Assembly: GCF_009914755.1 (NCBI RefSeq)
Contig: NC_060945.1
Source: the human T2T-CHM13v2.0 reference genome, Homo sapiens
Strand: one strand, 5' to 3'
DNA: 64,000 nucleotides
The notes under the pieces were generated by a model. The model saw nothing but the letters and a program-made list of their open reading frames with translations, was not told where the DNA came from and did not search any database. Position numbers and translations under genes: made by a program. This document shows positions 30,607-46,249 of this stretch, one piece after another (the stretch's first letter is position 1; each line of letters opens with the position of its first letter).

Positions 30607-31161
30607 TCATTCATAAGCAACATTAGGTGTTTCCTTGGGGGAAAAACACTTTTTTTTCAGAATGGAAATATCTTTATTGCTGTCTTGCTTAAAGAAGTAC
30701 CTGTTCACCTCCTGTCCAAGAAGGCCGAATAGGAACAGCTCCAGTCTACAGCTCCCAGCATGAGCGACACAGAAGACAGGTGATTTCTGCATTTCCAACT
30801 GAGGTACCGGGTTCATCTCACTGGGGATTGTCGGACAGTGGGTGCAGGACAGTGGGTGCAGTGTACCAAGTGTGAGCCAAAGCAGGGTGAGGTATCGCCT
30901 CACCCAGGAAGTGCAAGGGGTCAGGGAATTCATTTTCCTAGCCAAGGGAAGGGGGAACAAATGGCACCTGGAAAATCGGGTCACTCCTACCCTAATACTG
31001 TGCTTTTCCGACAGTCTTAGCAAACGGCACACCAGGAGATTATATCCCACGCCTGGCTCAGAGGGTCCTACACCCACGGACCCTTGCTCATTGCTAGCAC
31101 AGCAGTCTGAGATCAAACTGCAACACGGCAGCGAGGCTGGAGTGGGGGGGGCGCCCGCCAT
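30607..31161 (-). CDS. LINE-1 antisense ORF0, intact ATG, frame extended to 184 aa
   Basis: MAGAPPTPASLPCCSLISDCCASNEQGSVGVGPSEPGVGY... resembles primate L1 ORF0; start context GCAATGG; no stop until 30607. Expression unknown. Confidence 0.5.
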   Translation of the reverse strand: MAGAPPTPASLPCCSLISDCCASNEQGSVGVGPSEPGVGYNLLVCRLLRLSEKHSIRVGVTRFSRCHLFPLPLARKMNSLTPCTSWVRRYLTLLWLTLGTLHPLSCTHCPTIPSEMNPVPQLEMQKSPVFCVAHAGSCRLELFLFGLLGQEVNRYFFKQDSNKDISILKKKCFSPKETPNVAYE

Positions 31162-31735
31162 TGCTGAAGCTTGAGTAGGTAAACAAAGCGGCCCGGAAGC
31201 TCGAACTGGGTAGCCCACCACAGCTCCAGGAGGCCTGCCTGCCTCTGTAGACTCCACCTCTGGGGGCAGGGCATAGCCGAACAAAAGGCAGTAGAAACCT
31301 CTGAAGACTTAAATGTCCCTGTCTGACAGCTTGGAAGAGAGTAGTGGTTCTCCCAGCATGCAGCTTGAGATCTGAGAATGGACAGACTGCCTCCTCAAGT
31401 GGGTCCCTGACCCCCGAGTAGCCTAACTGGGAGGCACCCCCCAGTAGGGGCAGACTGACAACTCACATGGCCAAGTACCCCTCTGAGACGAAACTTCCAG
31501 AGGAACGATTAGGCAGCAACATTTGCTGTTCACCAATATTCGCTGTTCTGTAGCCTCTGCTGCTGATACTCAGGCAAACAGGGTCTGGAGTGGACCTCCA
31601 GCAAATTCCAACAGACCTGCAGCTGAGGGTCCTGACTGTTAGAAGGAAAACTAACAAACAAAAAGGACATCCACACCAAACCCCATCTGTAGTCACCATC
31701 ATCAAAGAAGACCAAAGGTAGATAAAACCACAAAG

Positions 31736-32744
31736 ATGGGAAAAAAACAGAGCAGAAAAACTGAAAATTCTGAAAACCGGAGCTTCTCTCCTCCTCCAAA
31801 GGAACGCAGCTCCTCACCAGCAACGGAACAAAGCTGGAGGGAGAATGACTTTGACAAGTTGAGAGAAGAAGGCTACAGATGATCAAAATTCTCCGAGCTA
31901 AAGGAGGAAGTTTGAACCCAATGCAAATAAGTTAAAAACCTTGAAAAAAGATTAGACAAATGGCTAACTAGAATAACCAATGCAGAGAAGCCCTTAAAGG
32001 ACCCGATGGAGCTGAAAACCATGGCATGAGAACTACGTGACGAATGCACAAGCTTCAGTAGCCGATTCGATCAACTGGAAGACAGGGCATCAGTGACGGA
32101 AGATCAAATGAATGAAATGAAGCAAGAAGAGAAGTTAAGAGAAAAAAGAGTAAAATGAACAAAGCCTCCAAGAAATATGGGACTATGTGAAAAGACCAAA
32201 TCTACGTCTGATCAGTGTACCTGAAAGTGATGGGGAGAATGGAACCAAGTTGGAAAACACTCTGCAGGATATTATCCAGGAGAACTTCCCCAACCTAGCA
32301 AGGCAGGCCAACATTCAAATTCAGGAAATACAGACGTCACAAAGATATTCCTCGAGAAGAGCAACTCCAAGACACATAATTGTCAGATTCACCAAAGTTG
32401 AAATGAAGGAAAAAATGTTAAGGGCAGCCAGAGAGAAAGGTCGGGTTACCCACAAAGGGAAGCCCATCAGACTAACAGCTGATCTCTCGGTAGAAACTCT
32501 ACAAGCCAGAAGAGAGTGGGGGCAAATATTCAACATTCTTAAAGAAAAGAATTTTCAACCCAGAATTTCATATCCAGCCAAACTAAGCTTTATAAGTGAA
32601 GGAGAAATAAAATACTTTACAGACAAGCAAATGCTGAGAGATTTTGTCACCACCAGGCCTGCCCTACAAGAGCTCCTGAAGGAAGCACTAAACATGGAAA
32701 GGAACAACCAGTACCAGCCACTGCAAAAACATGCCAAATTGTAA
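31736..32744 (+). pseudogene. L1 ORF1p, disrupted
   Basis: ATG at 31736; only the C-terminal 185 aa (KRPNLRLI...QKHAKL) remain open. Confidence 0.93.
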
Positions 32745-32807
32745 AGACCATCAAGGCTAGGAAGAAACTGCATCAACTAACAAGCAAAATAACCAGCTAA
32801 CATCATA

Positions 32808-36631
<3,824 letters not shown>

Positions 36632-37234
36632 ACAATGAGAACACTTGGACACAGGAAGGGGGACATCACGCACTGGGGCCTGTTGTGGGGTGGGGGGAGG
36701 GGGGAGGGATAGCATTAGGAGATATACCTAATGTAAATGACGAATTAATGGGTGCAGCACACCAACATGGCACATGTATACATATGCAACAAACCTGCAC
36801 GTTGTGCACATGTACCCTAGAACTAAAGTATAATAATAAAAAAAGAAGTACTGGTTCATTATAAAATATCAAAAAGCATAAATGTATAAAGGCTCATCTC
36901 CCTTTTCTTCAGTTCCTCTCCCTGCTCTGCAAGAATGGACTTCCAAGGCTGTAGATGGACTATAGATGGTTTTATATAATAAGAAAGAAGAATCCACAAT
37001 ATGGGCACCATTGTGTATGAAGATGTCTTTCCAAGGTAATACACTCCGTGCAGAGCTTGCTTTTTTGGAACTGTGAGAGCTTCATTGATGAATGGACTCT
37101 TAACAATTCCCCACTGACAGGGATACGACGTCATGATATTACAAACAACCCTGCCATGAGCATTTCCTGAATCCTTGTGCATCTTTACCCATCTTGAAGT
37201 ATTTCCTCAGGACAGATTTATAGGGCAGGGATGT

Positions 37235-37561
<327 letters not shown>

Positions 37562-38049
37562 ACAGGGCAGTTTTTAAAAGCCCTAGTGTCTCTAAGCGTG
37601 TTATGCTGGGCCACATCCCCCAAAGGTAAACACCCACATCACAGTCACAACACAACCCACATTCCTGGCTTTGTTGTGCTTGCCATTGCAGATCCCCAAG
37701 CCTCCTTGGAGCATCCCCACTAAATTCTATTCATGGGGGGCAGGACGCAGGCCTTTAAGCCACCCTGCAGCATCCTCCACTTACTTTTTTTACCTTCCCT
37801 GTACTGATTGTATGAGATGCCAAGGCCCTGTTCCCTCTCTCGGCTGACAATGGTCCTCACCCACATTCAGCAAACCTGGGCTGGGGTTGGGGTAGTCAGG
37901 ACCTTGACAATTTCCATGCCAGGGACCCAGATCCCATCTCTGGAGCCACAAGCCTCTGAGCTGTCAGATGAATGGCAAAGTCGTTCCTTGACTCCATCAT
38001 ACACAATCCAAACTCAATATTCCCTGGACTCCTTCCGTCTCTGTCCTAC

Positions 38050-38249
38050 AAGATTCCAGAATCCCCATACCAGGACAGTATTATTATACTAAGTTGGAAT
38101 GGAAGATCTACTGGCTCTTATCTTTGGATGGGTTTTTTCCTAGGTGGCCTCTTAGGCGTCCAGACTACTAAACATCTGGCTCAAGCACCCACAGGTTTCA
38201 CAAATGCCCAAACCCACCCAAGTCCTAGAGTGAGCGGCTTAGGTTCTTG
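38050..38249 (+). repeat. Local duplication C, copy 2
   Basis: Direct repeat of 29719-29918. Confidence 0.93.
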
Positions 38250-38456
38250 TTCTGCTCACACCACAGATTGTTGGATCTCCATGTGTAGGGGGTGAAGGGG
38301 GCAACTCGGAGATTTTGAAGGGAGAAGTGTCACGAGCATCTTCGTGGGCAGGAGGAAGATGAGGATGTGAAAATTAGAAGAGACAACCTGGGGATGGGGG
38401 AGACACATTCAAGAATGCTAGAATATCAGAGCTGACTAATACACTGAGCTTGCAGT

Positions 38457-38830
38457 GTATTAGTCAGTGTTGCTGCAGCAACAAACAGCCCCAGATTTTC
38501 AGTGGCCACAACAGCAAACACACCTTTCTCACTATATTACTGGGGCCCCGGCTGTTGCTCTGCTCCATGCATCTTCTCATTCTGGGACCCAAACTCAAGA
38601 AGCAGTCATGTGGGTCTCAAGGCAGAGAAAAAGAGCAAGAGGGCTGGCAGGAGATCCCACTGTACTTCTTAGATAGAGCTTGTGCAAGCACCTGGCTTAA
38701 CTCTTATTTGCTCACATTTCAGTGGCTAAAGCATGTCCCCTGGCTAAGCTCAAAGTCAAGGGACAGAGATGTATAATCCTTTAACAGGGAAGAGGGTGTG
38801 AAGAATTGTTAATACCAACTCTAACTACCA
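38457..38830 (-). mobile_element. MLT1 (I/J-type) LTR
   Basis: gtattagtcag...gctgcagcaacaaacagcccc...gctcacatttcagtggctaaagca. Confidence 0.6.
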
Positions 38831-38849
38831 CAGATGGCACAACCCTAAC

Positions 38850-38980
38850 TCTGTTATATGCCGGGAGAAAGTGAGGCACAGAAAGGGGAAGTGGCTTGCC
38901 CAAGGTCCACAAACCAGGTAGCAGCAGAACCAGCTCTAGCACCAAATTTCCTGGCAACCAATCCAATGTTCTTAATCCTA
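38850..38980 (-). mobile_element. MIR
   Basis: gaaagtgaggcacagaaaggggaagtggcttgcccaaggtccaca. Confidence 0.75.
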
Positions 38981-39010
38981 CTCCCAAAATTTCTTCCAAG
39001 AGATATTAAC

Positions 39011-39411
39011 TGATATGGCTTGACTCTGTCCCCACCCAAATCTCATGTTGAATTGTAATCCCCAGTGTTGGAGATGGGGCCTGGTGGGAGGTGATTGGAT
39101 CATGGGGGTGGATCCTTCATAAATGGTTTCGCACCATCCTCCCCCAGTGCTGTCTTGTGATAGAGTTCCAATGAGATCTGGTTGTTTGAAAGTGTGTGGC
39201 ATGTTCCCATTGGTTCTCTTGCTCCTGCTCCCACCATGTAAGACATACCCGCTTCCCTTTTGTCTTCCATCATGACTGTAAGCTTCCTGAGGCTTCCACA
39301 GCCATACTTCCTGTACAGCCTGCAGAACAGTGAGCCAATTAAACCTCTTTTCTTTATAAATTACTCAGTCTCAGCCATTTCTTTATAGCAATGGGACAAT
39401 GGACTAATACA
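39011..39411 (+). mobile_element. MSTA-like solo LTR
   Basis: TG...CA ends (tgatatgg...gactaataca) with perfect 5-bp TSD ttaac. Confidence 0.92.
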
Positions 39412-39482
39412 TTAACCAACTGCGGAATGGGCAGGGAGGTCTTTGTTATAAGACAGCTCAGAGCCTTTAATATGCCATTGAG

Positions 39483-39787
<305 letters not shown>

Positions 39788-40816
39788 TCATTGAGATTTA
39801 TCATCTCCAGGTCAGGAAAGTGGGCTTCAGCTTTTCCCAACTTTTTTTTTTTAATCACAAAATCCACAGAACCATCTGAGGAGCAGCATATGGGGTTGGT
39901 GTTCCCAGGAACACACTTTGGGAAACACAGCAGCACCACACCAGCAAGTCAGATGGACTTACTGCACCACAGGCAACATGAGACTCAAGTTTTAGGTTGC
40001 TATAAGGAATGTTTTAAAATAACATAACCTTCATATAAATTCTTCACAGCTTAGAAATAGACACAGCTTTCATTTTTAGAAAGTTCCCATTACTTTGTAA
40101 GGCCATCATTAATTTTGATTATTTTTTCCATTTTTATTTCTTTTTAGTTGCAGCTGAAAATGTAATAAATGTAATGAAACAGATATTCATAAAGTCATTG
40201 GTGGATGAATCATGGGGATCTGGATAATGTTTTTGTCTATGACAGCCTTTATTTCTTTAATAAAAACAACAAATATCACAAATCACTTCTCAACAATAAA
40301 AATATGTTTTCACAAAGCAAAAACCTACGTTTTGCTGTGATAATGGCAGCACATCTGTCATTCTCAACACATCTTAAACAGTCGTACATGGCGTGTGGTT
40401 GGGGCCATGGGACTCTTCTGAAAAAGGCTACAAGAATTAGGTCATCTCAAATCATTAGGGTATTTTTTTCCATGATGATTATTTTGAGTTGTAACATATG
40501 TTAAATTAAAATAAACTTTATATGGCTTTGGATTTCCCCAAATCTTTCAAAAAGTAAAATCCTATTCAAATGGCTCAAAAATAATACTGTAAAATATACT
40601 CCAGTCCCCCTTTAAGAGTTTTCTGATATACTGGAATAGACTTAGAAACTGTGGCCAGAAGGGTCGGCTCTTTTTGCCCGCTTCTTAGGCAGGTGTTTCC
40701 ACAGATCACAAGCTTCTGGTTAAAAGAGGCCTGAAGACCACTGACCTGCTCCCTGTGGGCCTGAGTCCTCTCCTCTTCGTCCCTCCAGGTCACCACACAG
40801 GCCCTGGGGACAGGTA

Positions 40817-40989
40817 CAGCTCACAGCTAGGAAGTCATGATCCCAGGATTCAAACCCCATCTTTGTGTAACTGCACAGCCAGTGCCCTAATACTCTCCAG
40901 TTTTACCCGAGAGTTTCAGTGGCAAGGCTTGGGCCTCAATTGTGTTTCCACCAAGGTGGAAAATTTTCTGCTGGAAACAGTTATGAGTA
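40817..40989 (+). repeat. Local duplication D, copy 2
   Basis: Direct repeat of 30319-30492. Confidence 0.93.
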
Positions 40990-41686
40990 CAGTTAAGAGT
41001 CCCCCACCTGACCACGTGGGACAGGTCAGGTGATACAAAGTTGTCCTTTATGTGGGACCAAAATGTACTTCCCTTCAGTCTCTGTTGAGGGAGGAGGAAT
41101 GAGTCTAATTCCTGTATCCTGTGACTGTCCCTTCAAATATTTCAAGACTGTCATCTTCCTCCCCAGTCTTCTCTTCCACAGACCAAACAACCTTCAGCTC
41201 CTATGCGGCACCTGGCATGAATGCTTCTGAGGCTCTGCAGCTGCTGGAGGCGGACATTGGCCTAAAGGAGCCCATGAGTCCATGATGCCAAGACTGGGCA
41301 GGGACACCCAAGAGCTGTTTCTACTCTAGGAAATGGGGTGAGTGGAGGACAGGGGTGTCAGAGCCTCATGGGGCAGCAGGGCCTGTCTCCCTCATTGCCT
41401 TGATTGTGCCCTATGACTGTGTCCCCATACTGCCATGGAGATGGGACAGGACCCTAGCCCAACCTCTGTGTCTCTGTGGCCTTTCTACCCAGTGCCAAAC
41501 CAGATGATGTGTTTAAATATGTAGATGACCAGCATAATGGAGACATGTCCTGAGTTATATACGTAAAACCCTGCAACATAATGAGAAATACATGTTCGTC
41601 ATTGTAACTGTGGAGAATGTGGGGCCGTTTGTTCCTGCGGTAATGCTGACTAATACACCAACTAAGATTCCTCCCAGAAATATGTG

Positions 41687-42024
41687 CAGCCACCCACGGC
41701 TTAACAATGGGGATGTGATCTGAGAAACTTGTCATTAGGAAATTTCATCATTGTTCAAACATCATGGAGTGACTTACACCAACCTAGATGGTGTAGGCTA
41801 CTACACACCTAGGTTACATGGTAGAGCATTTTGCTCCTAGGCTACAAACCTGTGCAGCATGCTACTGTACTGAATACTGCAGACAACTGTAGCACAATGG
41901 TAAGCATCTGTGTATCTCAACCTAGAAAAGGTACAGAAAAAATACAGTATTATAATATTATGGGATCACCATCATATATGCGGTCCATTGTTGGCCAAAC
42001 CATTGTTATGTGGCAAAAGGCTGT
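41687..42024. mobile_element. Tigger3a (MER7-type)
   Basis: cttaacaatgggga...aacctagatggtgtaggctactacacacctagg...ctaggctacaaacctgt; ~340 bp. Confidence 0.8.
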
Positions 42025-43556
42025 ACATATATAAAATGTGTGTGTAGATACACACACACACACACACACAGAGCATTTTGATAAGACACATAGATTTGCA
42101 TATAATTTCTATTATCGTTCCAGAATGAAGTGGTTTGCCATTTTTATTAGTAGTTTACTCTAAACTAAATCCAACATTTCAGTTTGTTTTTCTGATCAGA
42201 TTGAAAATATATTTAAAATATTATAAATCTTTTAGACTTGTCAAAAGAAAAGTGCAGTGAAATTCGTTTCACCAGATCACGAACATCTTCAAATAACCCT
42301 GGGGCTCTTTTTCTTCTCAGCATTCTCTTCCCTATCCCATCCAATCCTGCTTCTACGGCAGGTAAGAGAAAGGATAAAAACAGGTTGAGGAAAGGGTTCA
42401 GTCTGTCATTCATTTACGTCTGGGGCTGCCAGGAAAGCTGGCTGGTTTTCCTTCTGCTCTGTGAGCTGAGAGGCCTGGCGTTCCCACACTCCACACCTGA
42501 ATGAGCCAGGGGGGCCTCCGCTAATTGCCTGGGTCCCTCGCCTCCTGGCCTCGTTGGTGAACAGTAAGCCATTGTTTTGTAAGGGAGAAAAATAACCTTT
42601 TAATGAATGCGTGCACATCGCCCCAGCCCCCTACCCAGCATCCTGTGCCCAGGGTTTCATCCTAGAAGACACTCCAGGGAACGAAGTGCAATGGTGCCAG
42701 GTGGCCCCACAGAGCCTCCTCACTCCTGCAGGCATCCATCTGAAATTGGACTTCATGGGCCAGGACTTCAAGGTGAACTAAAAGTAACAAGCAAAAGCCA
42801 CTTGCCTCTTCTCTGCTTGAGGGGAAGTCGACCATAGAGTCAATTCGTCCCTTCGCTGATTTACTGGCTATCACAACAAACACCCTGAAATACATTCCGG
42901 AATATTATCATTGCCGCAGCATCTGCTCTGCTCTGCCAGCAAACACGACTCCCCAAAGCCACGCCAGGGCGTCACCTACTCTCCTACCTCTGCACATCCA
43001 TTATATTTTTGTAACGGCAAAGGGTGCAAAAAGCAAACAGTGTGAGCTGGGCGCATGTTTTTCTAACAGGGCAGTAAGAAAATACTTGCTACCTGAGATA
43101 TTTCTGTAAGTCAGTGAAGCACGCCATTCAACATGTGGGTTGCATTATCCTCTGAGTTGAGCCTGGCTTTCTAACTCACACTAAACAGGCGTCTGCCAGG
43201 GCTGAGTTTAATAAAAACTGCAACTTTCGCTAGTTAATGCATATAGGCAATAAAGATTCAGGCATCCCGAGTGCTTAAGAACAGGCTAATTGCTGTGCAC
43301 TCTGTCCCTAAATGAGGGTTGTCCCCAAAAAACAGCAGAGAGACAATGACCCTGTGAGCATCCACTAGGACCAGCCTGTGATGCAAGCTTTTGAAGCATC
43401 CACACGTGATGTGCGTCAAGCTTCTGAAGCTACGCTCCTGAGGAAGGCTTTGTGCAGCTCAGACTTCCCCACCATCTGCTAACCATGCCCTGCGATGGTT
43501 TCCATCCTAAGTGGATTTATGTTCCATCCCTTCATGATGCTTGCCTACAAGGAAGG

Positions 43557-43611
43557 CTGTATTATTTGGAATGTATTATTTGGGTCCTGGACTGTATTAT
43601 TTGGGTCCTAG
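43557..43611. repeat. Short tandem repeat tgtattatttgg x3
   Basis: ctgtattatttgga atgtattatttgggtcctgg actgtattatttgggtcctag. Confidence 0.9.
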
Positions 43612-43840
43612 AGTTTTTTCAACATGTTCATGTTGATGGTTATGTCCTTTGATTTCACTGAGGTCATTACAAGAAGCGTCTAGATGAAGATGATTAAGAA
43701 GCTTCTGCATTGGAACTGACGTCGTTTCGTTATCAAGGGTGCCCCTCGTTTTGTCACCCAGGGAGCCCAGTAGATGGTCCAACAAAAAAAAAATTTTTAA
43801 CATAATGCCAGGAGAGAAATGCCCTTAAAAATGATTAAGT

Positions 43841-44165
43841 GGCCAGGCGCGGTGGCTCATGCCTGTAATCCCAGCACTTTGGAAGGCCGAGGTGGGTGGA
43901 TCACGAGGTCAGGAGATCGAGACCATCCTGGCTAACACGGGGAAACCCCTTCTCTAACTAAAAACACAAAAAATTAGCCGGGCATGGTAGCGGGCACCTG
44001 CAGTTCCAGCTACTCGGGAGGCTGAGGCAGGAGAATGGCATGAACTCCGGGAGGCAGAGCTTGCAGTGAGCGGAGATCGCGCCACTGCACTCCAGCCTGG
44101 GTGACAGAGCGAGACTCCATCTCAAAAAAAAAAAAAAAAAGAAAAAGAAAAAGAAAGAAAGAAAG
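43841..44165 (+). mobile_element. AluY
   Basis: gatcacgaggtcaggagatcgagaccatcctggctaacacgg; gagaatggc; gagcttgcagtg. Confidence 0.95.
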
Positions 44166-44236
44166 CGGCAACTTCCCCACTCAATCTTGGGAAATGAGGG
44201 GACAGGTAGCCCTATTTTCTGTAAGAAATAGTTTCT

Positions 44237-44530
44237 GGGCCAGGCACCTTGGCTCTCACCTGTAATTCTAGCACTTAGGAAGGCTGAGGCGGGAAGATGA
44301 CTTGAGCCCAGGAGTTTGAGATCAGCCTGGGCAACATAGTGAGACCGTGTCTCTATAAAAAAATTTGAAACTTAGCCAGGTGTGGTAGCATGAGCCTATG
44401 ATCCCAGCCACTCCAGAGGCTGAAATGGGAGGATCACTTGAGGCCAGGAGTTGGAGGCTGCAGTGAGCTATGATCATGCCACTGCACTCCAGCATGGATG
44501 ACAAAAAAAAAAAAAAAAAAGAAAGAAAAT
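44237..44530 (+). mobile_element. AluJ
   Basis: cttgagcccaggagtttgag...gaggctgcagtgagctatgatc. Confidence 0.9.
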
Positions 44531-45082
44531 AAGAATACATTCTCACTCACCCCTCCTCCAGAATATATATTTTTTTAAATTCCTAGTTAGAAACTCCAAG
44601 CTGTCACTGATTTAAAAGAAAAACAGTTGCTGGGAGATACACAGCTTGCTAAAGCAGAAGTCTTTCAAAATGTCACTAAAATATGAGAGTTTCCTCTAGT
44701 TATTTGGTTTCCGCCAAATAGCTAACCTATTGCCAGCTGCACACAGGAGTTAGAAAAAGGTTACAATTCATCCCACCCGATTTGAGATTTTTCCAGTTAA
44801 AGACATGGCGAGGTAGAAAGACCAAGTCCCTTGTGATGTTAGATGGTCCTGGGGTACCATTGGACTGGCCGAGTCTAATCCCTGCTCCGCCCTTAGTAGC
44901 TCTACAGCCATGGGGATGGAGCTTATCCTCTTGGCCCCCCTTTCCTTATCTTTGAAACCAGAGATATGTCTTAGATGATCTCAATGTCTCCCCTTTTTCT
45001 GAAGCCTATTACAACCTTGTGGAACCAACCATTCCTAGGGTCGCATGAGCTCGCCTTTCCTAAGGGGAATATTGAAAAGCAT

Positions 45083-45096
45083 CCACCAGGGGGCGC
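45083..45096 (+). promoter_or_regulatory. CTCF core motif
   Basis: CCACCAGGGGGCGC, exact match to the CTCF core consensus with CpG retained. Confidence 0.8.
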
Positions 45097-45956
45097 CTGA
45101 TCCGCTTCAGGCGGTGGCACCGGACTGGATTAACCCTGCAGACAGGTGAGGTGACCCCAGCTTTCCCATCCAGCCCTGGAAGGATTCCGGATGTCCGGGG
45201 ATGTGACAGCCTCCCAGGGATTAGGCTAGAATCACACCATCTCCGCTACCAACCTGTTTTGCAATTTATTGACGCCTCTGAGCAGCTGGTCTGGATGACT
45301 CTATTTTCGGAAATTTCTGGCGTTTGGGGCCAGCTGTCTATGGGGGAAACATCTTTTCAGTACGCTCACGTATATGATTCAGTTGCAGGCAAGAATCTGG
45401 GAGCTGCTGGAAGCTGGGGGGAAAAGTCTCTGACTCTTGCCTTCAACCCCTGGCCACTGAGAAGTGGGACTGCAGCTAGTATGGCCCCCATAGCTATTGA
45501 AATGCCCGAGACACGTCAGTGTCTAAACATCTCTCAGACCACCCCTTCCACTTGGATGAACAACAGCCATCCTTTGAGAGCAGTGTGGTTCAGAAGCCAC
45601 ACCCTTAGTGCCTACATATTCAGGTTGGAGAACAGGTCTGCAGCCAGCCCTCAGCAGATACAGGGCCAGCTTGGAGGATAGGCTGACCAAAGAACTGAGA
45701 AGACTTATTTGGTCTCCATCACAGTTCTTGGAGAAGATGGAAAAAAGCGGGGTGGTTGAGCACCTGACATTCAAAATTGACCTACGTTGAGTGTTTGAGT
45801 TGTGAAAACCCATTAACAAGAAGGCGAATGTTTGGCTTTTTGCTGCCACAGATAAGGGCAGCTTAGGAGAGTTGCACTTTTTACCATACCCTGGAATAAA
45901 AATAACCTATCTGTCTATATCATAGACAGACCAGTTTGGGGTTTTATCCTTTAGTG

Positions 45957-46249
45957 TTTTGTTTTTTTTTTTTTGAGACAGAGTCTCACTCCACCTGCGC
46001 TGGAGTATGGTGGTGTAATCACTGCGCCCTGCAGCCTCAACCTCCCGGGCTCAGGTGATTCCCCCACCTCAGCCGCCCGTGTAGCGGGGACTACAGGTGC
46101 ATGCCACCATGCCTGGCTAATTTCTGTATTTTTTGTAGATATGGGGTTTTACCATATTGCCCAGGCTGTTCTTGAACTCCTGGCCTCAAGCAATCTGCCC
46201 ATCGTGGCCTCCCAAAGTGCTGAGATTACAGGAGTGAACCACTGGGCCT
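45957..46249 (-). mobile_element. AluJ
   Basis: Poly-T and reverse dimer. Confidence 0.9.
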
